Part shown: one piece after another, positions 52,487-61,285 of the stretch
Position numbering within the stretch: the first letter of the stretch is position 1
How the letters are laid out: each line of letters starts with the position of its first letter
Notes under the pieces: generated by a model
What the model was told of the DNA's origin: nothing
What the model saw: the letters and a program-made list of their open reading frames with translations, nothing else
The model's database searches: none
NCBI GenBank assembly: GCA_963784135.1
Contig: CAWAQG010000005.1
Location: 46,823-110,822 of the forward strand
From: Nitrospirota bacterium
Lineage (GTDB): Bacteria; Nitrospirota; Thermodesulfovibrionia; Thermodesulfovibrionales; Dissulfurispiraceae
Length of the DNA: 64,000 nt
Direction: 5' to 3'
Made by a program: the position numbers and the translations under genes

Positions 52487-52773
52487 TAAGCGCCTGTTTT
52501 ATCCTCGGGGCTGGTCCCGGCTGCCTGATTATGTGACTCCGCCATTTCAGCCTTTACTTCTGCAACGATATCTTCCATCATCTCACCTGCTTCTGCAACA
52601 GCCTCTTTGCTTTTTTCATATAGAATAAGGCTGCCTTTGATAGCGGCTTTTGCAATCGGCTTTATCACTCCCGCCAGTGCCGGAATCACCTGGGGGGCAA
52701 ATAGAGCCGTACCAACACCGATAGCGAGCCCTGTAACTATATTACCCTTTAATCCATTATCAAAAAGTGCCAT
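52486..52773 (-). CDS. DUF5132-like small membrane/amphipathic protein
   Basis: 95 aa; a Gly/Ala-rich hydrophobic N-terminal half (GLAIGVGTALFAPQVIPALAGV), then an acidic helix. The family assignment is from memory of this sequence pattern. Confidence 0.5.
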   Translation of the reverse strand: MALFDNGLKGNIVTGLAIGVGTALFAPQVIPALAGVIKPIAKAAIKGSLILYEKSKEAVAEAGEMMEDIVAEVKAEMAESHNQAAGTSPEDKTGA

Positions 52774-52890
52774 ACTGTCCTCCCGCTTGTTAGTACGTGT
52801 CTAATCAAAGTGTATAATAGAACGACTCAAATGTAAATGTAAAAGCTTTATACATAAAGTTTTCATTACATACCTACATAGCATAAAGAC

Positions 52891-52968
52891 AGGGGCAAGG
52901 GGCAAGGAGCATGGGGTTAGCATCTTTATACCTGTAACCTAAACCTCTTGACCCTTGCCTCTTGCCTT
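52891..52968. repeat. Hexamer-repeat hairpin AGGGGCAAGGGGCAAGGAG ... CTCTTGACCCTTGCCTCTT in the divergent intergenic region
   Basis: G-rich and C-rich arms built of GGGCAAG units, about 16/19 complementary with one bulge. Confidence 0.55.
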
Positions 52969-52974
52969 TTGAAA

Positions 52975-53014
52975 TGTCACAAAGTTGTAACAAACCGTTC
53001 ATCATATTGTAAGA
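52975..53014 (+). promoter_or_regulatory. Pho-box-like array: TGTCACA-aagt-TGTAACA-aacc-GTTCATC-atat-TGTAAGA
   Basis: Four units at exact 11-bp phase, about 45 bp upstream of the 53060 start. Confidence 0.55.
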
Positions 53015-53059
53015 ATAGTTATGATTTAATTAATAAAACCTGAAAGGCGGGTGGATTGA

Positions 53060-53314
53060 ATGATCAACTACAGGGTGGTTCACCATGTTCCGGGACGCAT
53101 CAGAGTGCAGGTGCCGATAATCAAAAAGCTTTCTGTTGCAACATTAGAAAAATTAGCCGGGATACCATTACCGGAGGGGATTAAAGATATCCGCGCCAAT
53201 CCGATTACCGGAAGTCTTGTCATAACATATGATCCTGATCATGTTGACATAGAGAAATACCTGGAAAAAATGACGACAGACAGTGAGATAACCTCAACAA
53301 TCGGCATGAGGTGA
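53060..53314 (+). CDS. Stand-alone HMA2/CoBaHMA-like 'PGRxR' domain protein
   Basis: 84 aa: HHVPGRIRVQVP...NPITGSLVITYDP; contains no Cys. Confidence 0.65.
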   Translation: MINYRVVHHVPGRIRVQVPIIKKLSVATLEKLAGIPLPEGIKDIRANPITGSLVITYDPDHVDIEKYLEKMTTDSEITSTIGMR

Positions 53315-53321
53315 TACTGTA

Positions 53322-53510
53322 ATGCCAACCGGTACGGCAAGAAGGGAAAGTCCGCTTCCAAAAGTTGAGAGCAGGCGCCTGAAATGCCCTTACCTTACTA
53401 AATACATCATATTTACCTGTCAGGCAGGAGCTGTCCCTTACGTTCCAAGTTTGTTCCAGCTTGAAGAGTACTGTAAAAGTAAGCAGCATAAGAAATGCCC
53501 TTTGCTGTAA
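53322..53510 (+). CDS. Small Cys4-motif protein, family member B
   Basis: Starts 8 nt after the HMA2-like stop. Cys 22 (C-P-Y-L), 33, 51 and 59. PYVPSLFQLEEYCKSKQHKKCP closely parallels member A (PYTPSLSELHNYCKGKEYTKCP). Confidence 0.65.
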   Translation: MPTGTARRESPLPKVESRRLKCPYLTKYIIFTCQAGAVPYVPSLFQLEEYCKSKQHKKCPLL

Positions 53511-53560
53511 TTAATTAAGATGTTAATTTAATTGACATTGACCGAAAAATCTCCCCTAAC

Positions 53561-53606
53561 CCCTCTTTGCTGAAGAGGGAAAATGCCTCCCTTTTACAAA
53601 GGGAGG
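53561..53606 (+). terminator. Two tandem hairpins CCCTCTT-tgctg-AAGAGGG and CCTCCCTT-ttac-AAGGGAGG
   Basis: Perfect 7- and 8-bp stems downstream of the HMA2/Cys4-B pair and upstream of the pstS promoter. Confidence 0.55.
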
Positions 53607-53648
53607 TCAGGAGGGATTTCATAAGAGGGAGGTGATATGTAATATAGA

Positions 53649-53677
53649 TTTAACATTGGCGTAACATTTATGTAACA
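53649..53677 (+). promoter_or_regulatory. Pho box array upstream of pstS: TTTAACA-ttgg-CGTAACA-ttta-TGTAACA
   Basis: Three 7-bp direct repeats at 11-bp phase, 50-80 bp upstream of pstS, the canonical Pho regulon gene. Confidence 0.65.
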
Positions 53678-53728
53678 GTTATTCGTTTATCCTTAAATTA
53701 GTAAGAAATTGTTCCAACAGGAGGAAGT

Positions 53729-54739
53729 ATGAAAGTATTAGTTAGTTTGCTTGTATCTGTAGCTTGCGTTTTGACGTTCTCAGTAGTACATGCGGAAGAT
53801 ATGCTGACAGGCGCGGGAGCAACCTTCCCTGCCCCGATATATCAGGCATGGGCGTATGATTATAATAAGACAACCGGCATTAAGCTCAATTACCAGTCTA
53901 TAGGCTCAGGAGGAGGCATCCAGCAGATTAAGAGCAGAACAGTGGAATTCGGCGCATCTGATGCACCCCTGACACCTGAGGAACTTAACAAAGATGGACT
54001 GATCCAGTTCCCTGCCGTTATGGGGGGGGTTGTTCTTGTTGTTAACATGCCCGGCGTAAAGGCAGGCGAGTTAAAACTGGATCCTGATGCTGTATGTAAA
54101 GTATATCTTGGCGACATCAAATACTGGGATGATGCAAAGCTTAAGACCCTGAATCCAAAAGCAAACTTGCCCCATACTGAAATTACCGTTGTCCATAGGT
54201 CTGACGGCTCCGGTACCACCGCAATATTTACCACTTATCTTTCCGAAGTATGTTCTGACTGGAAAACAAAAGTTGGGGCCGGAACTTCTGTAAAATGGCC
54301 TGTCGGCATCGGCGGCAAGGGAAATGAGGGAGTGTCCAACTATGTACATCAGGCCCCTGCTGCTATCGGCTACGTCGAATTTGCCTATGCAAAACTGAAC
54401 AATCTACCCTACACAGCGTTAAAAAACTCGGCAGGCAAGTTTATAGAGCCGAGCTTCGAAGCTTTTGAAGATGCCGCTGCCTCAGCGAACTTTGATCCGA
54501 AAAAACACTTCGATCTCTGGCTCGTTAATGCCCCCGGCAAGAATGCATGGCCTATCGCAGGCGCCACCTTTATTCTGCTTGCAAAAGACAACAAGGCAGC
54601 CGATATGAAAACCGTCAAGTTTTATAACTGGGCTTTCAAAAACGGCGATGCAAAAGCCAAGGAACTGATCTATGTGCCGCTGCCGAAGAGTTTAAAAGAC
54701 AAGATCCGCGCATACTGGAAGGAGTACGGCATCTATTAG
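53729..54739 (+). CDS. pstS: Phosphate ABC transporter substrate-binding protein
   Basis: Signal peptide; GAGATFPAPIYQAW; SGGGIQQI; HRSDGSGTT. Confidence 0.9.
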   Translation: MKVLVSLLVSVACVLTFSVVHAEDMLTGAGATFPAPIYQAWAYDYNKTTGIKLNYQSIGSGGGIQQIKSRTVEFGASDAPLTPEELNKDGLIQFPAVMGGVVLVVNMPGVKAGELKLDPDAVCKVYLGDIKYWDDAKLKTLNPKANLPHTEITVVHRSDGSGTTAIFTTYLSEVCSDWKTKVGAGTSVKWPVGIGGKGNEGVSNYVHQAPAAIGYVEFAYAKLNNLPYTALKNSAGKFIEPSFEAFEDAAASANFDPKKHFDLWLVNAPGKNAWPIAGATFILLAKDNKAADMKTVKFYNWAFKNGDAKAKELIYVPLPKSLKDKIRAYWKEYGIY

Positions 54740-54818
54740 AAGTTAGATTGAATTAAGAGGGTCAGGTATGTATTATATATCCTGACCCTTTTATTTACCT
54801 TTTAAAGGAGCTTGCAGC

Positions 54819-55760
54819 TTGCCTATTCTTGACAAAAAGAACCCTATTGACTTCGCATTCTCTCTTATAACGGCGTTTGCCTCAACACTTGTAATTATAA
54901 TGGTCATAGGCATTCTAATAGTGCTTATACGGGAGTCATCGCTTGCCATCAGTCGTTTCGGCGTGATCGACTTTTTAAAATCCACTGACTGGAACCCTGT
55001 AACAAAATCCTTCGGGGCTGCGACAACCATATTCGGGACCGTTGTTACGACCGTACTCTCTCTCGCAATTGCGGTGCCGGTCGCCATCGGCATTGCCATC
55101 TTTGTAACCGAAATATCTCCTAATTTTTTGAAAGGTCCTATAGGGATCGCCATTGAACTCCTGGCAGCGATACCCAGTATTATTTATGGCATGTGGGGGC
55201 TGTTCACCCTCGCTCCTATCATGTCGAGATATATAGAACCGGCGCTTCAGAAAAGCGTAGGCTTACTGCCTGTGGTTGGGATGTTGTTCAAAGGCACGCC
55301 CATGGGTATAGACATGCTGACGGCAGGTGTTATTTTGAGCATCATGATTATACCGTTCACCGCAAGCATTTCGAGGGACGCCTTTAACTTGACGCCTGCC
55401 GTGGTCAAGGAGTCTGCATATGCAATCGGGGCCACGAAATGGGAAGTTGTAAAGAACGTTGTGCTCCCTTATTCAAAGCTTGCCGTTTTCGGAGGCGTTA
55501 CGCTCTCCCTGGGCAGGGCGCTGGGCGAGACCATGGCAGTAGCTTTCGTCCTTGGAAACAACCATCAGATTACCGCCTCGCTATTTGATGCTGCTGCAAC
55601 CATCACCGTATCTCTTGCCAATGAATTTACCGAGGCCGACACAGACATCTACCTGTCGTCTCTTTTTTATCTGGCCCTTGTTCTTTTCATAATGAGCTTT
55701 GTAGTCCTTGCAGTTGCAAGGGTCTTTCTGCTCAAGGCCGAGAGGAAATATTCACGATGA
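54819..55760 (+). CDS. pstC: Phosphate ABC transporter permease PstC
   Basis: Six TM helices and the EAA-like loop ESAYAIGATKWEV. The TTG start from the ORF track is uncertain. Confidence 0.85.
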   Translation: MPILDKKNPIDFAFSLITAFASTLVIIMVIGILIVLIRESSLAISRFGVIDFLKSTDWNPVTKSFGAATTIFGTVVTTVLSLAIAVPVAIGIAIFVTEISPNFLKGPIGIAIELLAAIPSIIYGMWGLFTLAPIMSRYIEPALQKSVGLLPVVGMLFKGTPMGIDMLTAGVILSIMIIPFTASISRDAFNLTPAVVKESAYAIGATKWEVVKNVVLPYSKLAVFGGVTLSLGRALGETMAVAFVLGNNHQITASLFDAAATITVSLANEFTEADTDIYLSSLFYLALVLFIMSFVVLAVARVFLLKAERKYSR

Positions 55761-56596
55761 ACATCGAACAAAAGAGAAAATTCGAAAGCATTGCGGCCCT
55801 CACTCTGAGCACTCTTGCCGCCCTTTCGGGAATGTTCTGGCTCGTTTTCATTATCGGCGATGTCCTTGTGCGCGGTATTGGGGCCCTTACGCCGAGTCTC
55901 TTCCTTAACGATCCGACACCGCCCGGTGTTCTTGGCGGCGGGTTGCGCAATGCATTTATAGGGCAGTTGATGATAGTCGGGGCTGCCACGCTGATAGGCG
56001 TCCCATTAGGAGTTCTGGGAGGTACGTTTCTTGCCGAATACGCAAGGGGGACCAAGGTGGCGCAGTTCATAAGCATACTTGCTGATATTATGGTCAGCGT
56101 GCCTGCCATAGTGGTGGGGACTTTTGTCTATGCCATAATGGTCAAGCCTGTCGGACATTTCAACGGCTGGTCCGGAGCTGCTGCGTTGGCGGTCATCATG
56201 CTCCCGGTTGTGCTTCGAACAACAGAAGACATGCTTGCTCTTGTGCCATGGACCCTGAGGGAAGCGGCCTTTGCCCTCGGCGCGCCCTACTACAAAGTTA
56301 TCGTCCAGGTGGTGTACAGGGGCGCAGCAACAGGCATCCTTACCGGAATACTGCTTTCTATTGCACGGGTCGCAGGCGAGGCCGCTCCGCTGCTGTTTAC
56401 GTCATTTAATAATTCCTTCATGTCCACTGACATGCGACAACCGATTGCGTCATTAACTACTACCATATTCCAATACGCTATGGGCCCCTATGAAGAATGG
56501 CACATCCAGGCCTGGGGCGCATCATTTGTAATAACTCTTTTCATTCTCCTGATTACCATAGCGGGCAGACTTATCATTAAATGGAGGTACAAATAG
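55757..56596 (+). CDS. pstA: Phosphate ABC transporter permease PstA
   Basis: [15 protein letters not shown] loop; 4-nt overlap with pstC. Confidence 0.85.
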   Translation: MNIEQKRKFESIAALTLSTLAALSGMFWLVFIIGDVLVRGIGALTPSLFLNDPTPPGVLGGGLRNAFIGQLMIVGAATLIGVPLGVLGGTFLAEYARGTKVAQFISILADIMVSVPAIVVGTFVYAIMVKPVGHFNGWSGAAALAVIMLPVVLRTTEDMLALVPWTLREAAFALGAPYYKVIVQVVYRGAATGILTGILLSIARVAGEAAPLLFTSFNNSFMSTDMRQPIASLTTTIFQYAMGPYEEWHIQAWGASFVITLFILLITIAGRLIIKWRYK

Positions 56597-57360
56597 TGGC
56601 CGATATAGTAGAGATACAAGCTAAAGACCTGAATTTTTTTTATGCGGGCAACGTCCATTCGCTGAAACAGGTCAATGTGCCGGCCCATAAAAATGCGGTG
56701 ACTGCGCTAATCGGACCCTCCGGCTGCGGGAAGACCACATTGCTTAGATGTTTTAACCGTATGCATGACCTTTATCCAAAAAACAGATACGAGGGCGAGA
56801 TAATCTTCGAAGGCAGGAATATTCTTTCAGGTGATGTCGATGTTATCAAACTAAGGAGCGACATCGGCATGGTCTTCCAGAAGCCCACTCCTTTCCCGAT
56901 GACTATTTTCGACAATATCGCATACGGGCTTAAATTAAAAGGCGTTACCAGGCGTTCAGACCTCTCCGAACGGGTCGAAAAGGCCCTTAAAAACGCTGCC
57001 CTGTGGGATGAAGCCAAGGACAAGCTTAATGTCAGCGCTTATGATCTCTCCGGCGGACAACAGCAACGGCTTGTCATTGCCAGGGCGCTGGCGGTTGAGC
57101 CTCACGTCCTTCTTTTCGATGAGCCGACTTCCGCCCTTGACCCTATCTCAACCGGCAAGATAGAAGAGCTTCTCGTTCAATTAAAGAATAGTGTTAGTAT
57201 AATAATTGTAACGCACAATATGCAGCAGGCGGCCCGGATATCCGACTGGACGGGATTTATGATGCTTGGGGAGTTGATTGAATTTGACAAGACCGACAAA
57301 ATGTTTACAGCTCCGTCTGAAAAGCTCACGGAAGACTATATTACTGGGAGGTTTGGATAA
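56581..57360 (+). CDS. pstB: Phosphate ABC transporter ATP-binding protein
   Basis: [18 protein letters not shown] and [12 protein letters not shown], plus the PstB-specific NRMHDLYP block. Confidence 0.9.
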   Translation: MEVQIVADIVEIQAKDLNFFYAGNVHSLKQVNVPAHKNAVTALIGPSGCGKTTLLRCFNRMHDLYPKNRYEGEIIFEGRNILSGDVDVIKLRSDIGMVFQKPTPFPMTIFDNIAYGLKLKGVTRRSDLSERVEKALKNAALWDEAKDKLNVSAYDLSGGQQQRLVIARALAVEPHVLLFDEPTSALDPISTGKIEELLVQLKNSVSIIIVTHNMQQAARISDWTGFMMLGELIEFDKTDKMFTAPSEKLTEDYITGRFG

Positions 57361-58031
57361 TGTCCATTTTCGATGAGGAATTGATGCGGCTTAAAGAGAA
57401 AGTCCTTAAAATGGGATCTATGGTTGAAAATGCCATAAAGGATTCGGTTAGAGCGCTCGTCGACAGGGACAACCAGCTCGCCAGGACTATTATCGAGAAC
57501 GATCACCAGATAAACACCCTTGACAGTGAAATTGATGAGGAGTGCATAAAGCTCATTGCACTTATGCAGCCCAAGGCCGGTGACCTGAGATTTATAACAA
57601 CGGCAATGAAGATTACGACCGACCTCGAAAGGATGGGAGATATGGCGGCCAATATTGCCGAGAGGGCGCTTGAACTGAATGAAGAACCCCTGCTGAAGCC
57701 GTATATCGATATCCCGAGGATGAGAGAAATTGCCCAGGGCATGACAAGAGACGTTCTTGACGCCTTTGTAAAAGGGGACAAAAAATTGGCAATGGATGTC
57801 ATCATGAGAGATGATGAAGTTGATGACCTGAGAAATGAAATCCTTAAAGAACTGGTCTTCTTTATGGTACAGGACCCCTCAACAGTAACAAGGGCCATGA
57901 AAATAATCTTTGTGGCCCATTATCTCGAGCGCATTGCCGACCATGCCACTAATATTGCCGAGATGGTGATTTACCTGGTGGTGGGTAAACTTATACGGCA
58001 TATGGCACTGCCTCAGGAAGAAAATAAATAA
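57360..58031 (+). CDS. phoU: Phosphate signalling complex protein PhoU
   Basis: Two PhoU repeats with DLERMGDMAANIAE and YLERIADHATNIAE. Confidence 0.9.
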   Translation: MSIFDEELMRLKEKVLKMGSMVENAIKDSVRALVDRDNQLARTIIENDHQINTLDSEIDEECIKLIALMQPKAGDLRFITTAMKITTDLERMGDMAANIAERALELNEEPLLKPYIDIPRMREIAQGMTRDVLDAFVKGDKKLAMDVIMRDDEVDDLRNEILKELVFFMVQDPSTVTRAMKIIFVAHYLERIADHATNIAEMVIYLVVGKLIRHMALPQEENK

Positions 58032-58061
58032 AGCAATTTTGAATTCGGCATTAAAAATTTC

Positions 58062-58397
58062 TTACGGCATCGTGATAGCAATATCATAGGTGCCCACACC
58101 CACTCTATCAGCAATGCCCTTCTGCCATAACATCTCCATGACCTTTACACGGGCACTTTTGGGCACCATGACAATAAGCTTGGCGCCGGGCTGGGCCAGG
58201 CTTTTCCACTGCTCGGCCTTTTCAGGAGTTATACTGCTTTCAGTTTCAACTTCAACAGCGGCAAGAACAAGACCGTGATTTAACAGGGTCATATCAGGCC
58301 CTCCCCCTGTATTGACCTTTATTTCACTATATTCCCTTCTGAACCTGTGCCTTAAACGGTCGACAATTAAATCGTGTACAAGGCGCTCGTTATCCAT
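58062..58397 (-). CDS. Hypothetical protein (possible PD-(D/E)xK-like fold)
   Basis: The start is set at the MDNERL... ATG, which overlaps the upstream stop. GPDMTLL...AAVEVETES hints weakly at a nuclease-like motif. Confidence 0.35.
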   Translation of the reverse strand: MDNERLVHDLIVDRLRHRFRREYSEIKVNTGGGPDMTLLNHGLVLAAVEVETESSITPEKAEQWKSLAQPGAKLIVMVPKSARVKVMEMLWQKGIADRVGVGTYDIAITMP

Positions 58398-58857
58398 CTC
58401 CGTCCTTTCCCTCTGCGGGGTTGTGTTTCTTTTGTCTCTTTGTAAAATCGACTTTAATGACATTACCCGCCAATAGAGAAGCGCCTTCAGCCTTGACAGT
58501 GCTCCCCGCCTGGAAGTCCCGCATTTGCCCGGACACGGGCAATACAATAAATTGCGCATTGAGTTCGGAAGAATAGACAGCTGCTATGTCATCCACCGGG
58601 ATGAAACATTTCTGGGGTGAACTGCCGAAAACAAGCGTGGCGGTAATCCCGTAGTCATCCCACTGGAAGTTCATCCCCGGGTTAAATACGAGGACAATGC
58701 CGTTCTCCCTTTCATCCGCGGAAAGGGCGCGATTTCCCAGTACAACATGCTCGGAATACCTGACGAGTATAAATACCCTGCCGCCGATGTTCAGCAACTC
58801 GTAGAAAATATGTTTTTTCAGGCTGTTCAAACCGGCTGCCGTCTCCACGTCCACCAA
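58390..58857 (-). CDS. SspB-like ClpXP adaptor (stringent starvation protein B family)
   Basis: The pattern IVLVFNPG...QWDDYGITATLVFGSSPQKCFIPVDDIAAVY, followed by a disordered basic/acidic tail, resembles SspB. Confidence 0.45.
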   Translation of the reverse strand: MVDVETAAGLNSLKKHIFYELLNIGGRVFILVRYSEHVVLGNRALSADERENGIVLVFNPGMNFQWDDYGITATLVFGSSPQKCFIPVDDIAAVYSSELNAQFIVLPVSGQMRDFQAGSTVKAEGASLLAGNVIKVDFTKRQKKHNPAEGKDGDG

Positions 58858-58879
58858 ACGCCTCCTCTAAGGGCGGGCC

Positions 58880-59593
58880 CTAAAACAGCCCCTGCTTCAA
58901 GGTCCCGTCTTCCATTACATATGTCGGAACACCGGTAATTTCAGCTTTCCTGCCTTCCGCAATGTCCTCTTCGACCATTTGTTCGGCTTCCTTGAAAATG
59001 TCTGCCTCTTTTCCAAGGTCTTTTCTGTTATTCTTAAGCCACTCCGCCTGCTCGCCAATTGCTTTTTTTGTTGCGCCCGGATGGATCTGCTCTAACGGGA
59101 AATATTTGACTACTACCCTGTATTCCCCCTTATAGTTCCTGAGCTTCTCCCTGGCCTGCTTGCAAAATGGGCAGTCAGGATCACTAAACATGTAAACCGT
59201 TTTATTTCCAGAGGGATTGTAAACCGGCCGGTCCTTTCCAGAGATTTCAAAATCTATCTTGCCAAGTTCCGGCTCAAGATGTTTCGTAAAAATCGGCTTA
59301 TTGTTCACAAAGACCATTGAATTCGGCACGACGGACAAACCATCGCTTGATACAAATAATACAGCCGGCATATTCGTCCTGCCCTGTTTTATGTAGACAA
59401 TAACAGCCTTCCACCTCGTAGAACTCGTAGCCTCCACTGCCCTGATCGTATAATCCTTAATAGGGGTTGAAGCCGTTATAAAGTCATTTACAGCCTTCTT
59501 GTAATCCGGCCTGGAACACGATATATTGGCACACGCAACTATTCCTGCTAAAACACATAATATAATATTTTTCACGTCTTCTCTCCTTGGCAA
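58880..59593 (-). CDS. DsbC/DsbG-like thiol:disulfide interchange lipoprotein
   Basis: Lipobox (ACANISC) and a thioredoxin-fold active site DPDCPFCKQ. Confidence 0.7.
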   Translation of the reverse strand: MPRREDVKNIILCVLAGIVACANISCSRPDYKKAVNDFITASTPIKDYTIRAVEATSSTRWKAVIVYIKQGRTNMPAVLFVSSDGLSVVPNSMVFVNNKPIFTKHLEPELGKIDFEISGKDRPVYNPSGNKTVYMFSDPDCPFCKQAREKLRNYKGEYRVVVKYFPLEQIHPGATKKAIGEQAEWLKNNRKDLGKEADIFKEAEQMVEEDIAEGRKAEITGVPTYVMEDGTLKQGLF

Positions 59594-59649
59594 ATTATTA
59601 TTTCATATATTTTATCTTATTTTATCAAAAAACTGCTTATTGACATACT

Positions 59650-61285
59650 CCTATATTCCCGGTTAACAGAATGAAGAAGGCACCTGAAGGGTTATAATAT
59701 CTGAGTTTCGGGCAGAAACGATATTTCACCCAGGAGGTGCCAATGAGTATTATAGCAAGGAAGATAGAGATAGAGTTCACAGACGAGCAGATTTCAGCCT
59801 CGGCAGGATCAGTGTTTCTTTCAGCGATGGCAGCGAGGATGGGCCTTACTGATGAGATAAGATCGGCAATCAAGCTTAAGAAGCGTGCACGTGGCGCATC
59901 AGATGTCGAGATGCTTCTGAGCCTTATATACAGTCTGGCACAGGGGGATGGAGCAATTCTGGACGTTGATCGTCTTGGGACAGACGCTGCGAGATGCGCA
60001 CTGCTCGGACTTGGGAGAGTTCCCAATCATCGTCGTTTGGGAGAATATCTCAGCCGATTTGACGACAGTGCATGTGAGAGATTATTGGCAGTGGCCCGGT
60101 TGCAGGCATCTAATATAGTTGGTTCTGTGATAGAGCATGAGACGGTTACCAAGGGCTACGTACCGGTGTTTGTGGACGGTACAGGCATAGAAGTGAGCGG
60201 AGAATATTTTGAAGGAGCTGGGAAGCTCTATGACGGAAGTCTTGGATATTGGCTGCATGCAGCATTTGTAGGTGGTTTGTGGGTGACACAGCGCCTACAA
60301 AAAGGCGGTGTGCATGTAGCTCACGGCGTTAAAGAGCTTCTTGAAGAGACAGCGGCAATGCTGGGTGAAGGATGTCCGGTGTGGGCGAGATTTGATAATG
60401 CATATTATCGGAAAGAGGTTGTGCATTTCTGTAAAGAGCATGGATGGGATTACTCAATCAGCGTGACGAGCAATACTTACAAACGTCCATTGAGGGAATC
60501 CATGGAGGACTTTATCGAGTCTGATTGGGAGGCGATAAACGACGACGGCACCGAGCACGCAGCGTTTCTGTATCATAAGCCCGGAGGATGGAAAGAGGAG
60601 CAGACATATGTAGTCGTTCGTACCATGCAGGAAGAAAAACAGAAACTGCTTTTTCCTCGTTACACGTTCATCCTGGTCAGCAGGAGTGATATATCTCTTG
60701 CAGAGATTGTAAAAAGGCATCGGGAAAAGCAGGGACAGGAGAATGCTTTAAAAGGACCTCTTATCCATCTGGACCTGCACCATCCTCCATGCAGTCAATT
60801 CAATGCAAATAGAGCCTTCTACGCAGCGGGGCAGATAGCTCAGATACTATTGGTAGCTTTAAAGATGAAGCTTTTGCCAAAAGAAGCTCGGAGTCACAAC
60901 ATACGGACCATCATCCGTGATCTTATTCGGGTAGCTGGAAAACTGGTCTATCATGCCCGGAAATGGAAGCTGCTGTTTGCAAAGTCGGCCCTGCGTCTGC
61001 ATTGGCTGTCTTATGCCGCAGATTGCCTTGCATCCTCTGGATGACCTCAGCTGACATTGCCAAAAAATTTCGTTTCATTGGTTACAAGGGACAACTGCGT
61101 CTGAAGATCACTGAAATGCTTTAAAGTCGTCATTCCCGCAGTGTTTTGAGCGGGAATCCAGATTCCGGACAAGCCGTAATGACAAAAAAATGGATGCCCG
61201 CTTACAATCCGCGGGCATGACGGACACATTTAAGTGCGCAGGTCAATAAAATTTAGAATCTTTCACGCTTATCAGGGAATCAAGG
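59650..61285 (+). mobile_element. IS1380-family-like insertion sequence, 1636 bp, flanked by an 11-bp direct repeat
   Basis: IRL CCTATATTCCCGGTTAAC versus IRR (reverse complement) CCTTGATTCCCTGATAAG (13/18, CC start). ATTGACATACT is present at 59639-59649 and 61286-61296. Confidence 0.65.
59737..61044 (+). CDS. IS1380-family-like DDE transposase
   Basis: 435 aa. The N-terminal FTDEQISASAGSVFL...DVDRL pattern and the size fit IS1380-type transposases. The family call is from memory. Confidence 0.6.
   Translation: MPMSIIARKIEIEFTDEQISASAGSVFLSAMAARMGLTDEIRSAIKLKKRARGASDVEMLLSLIYSLAQGDGAILDVDRLGTDAARCALLGLGRVPNHRRLGEYLSRFDDSACERLLAVARLQASNIVGSVIEHETVTKGYVPVFVDGTGIEVSGEYFEGAGKLYDGSLGYWLHAAFVGGLWVTQRLQKGGVHVAHGVKELLEETAAMLGEGCPVWARFDNAYYRKEVVHFCKEHGWDYSISVTSNTYKRPLRESMEDFIESDWEAINDDGTEHAAFLYHKPGGWKEEQTYVVVRTMQEEKQKLLFPRYTFILVSRSDISLAEIVKRHREKQGQENALKGPLIHLDLHHPPCSQFNANRAFYAAGQIAQILLVALKMKLLPKEARSHNIRTIIRDLIRVAGKLVYHARKWKLLFAKSALRLHWLSYAADCLASSG

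Noticed and set aside
48158-52773. Identification of the ATPase operon as a ferrosome (fez) cluster.
   Set aside because: As I recall, fez clusters are defined by a P1B-6 ATPase. This pump has P2-type motifs (PEGLP and Ca2+-site residues) and no CPx/SPC-type TM motif. The analogy is kept only as an idea.
52774-52890. A Pho-box-like array in front of the DUF5132-HMA2-ATPase operon (minus strand).
   Set aside because: Only TTTACA repeated at 6-bp spacing and a CTTTAT-AC-ATAAAG palindrome are present. There are no heptamers at 11-bp phase, so Pho control of this particular operon is not supported by sequence.
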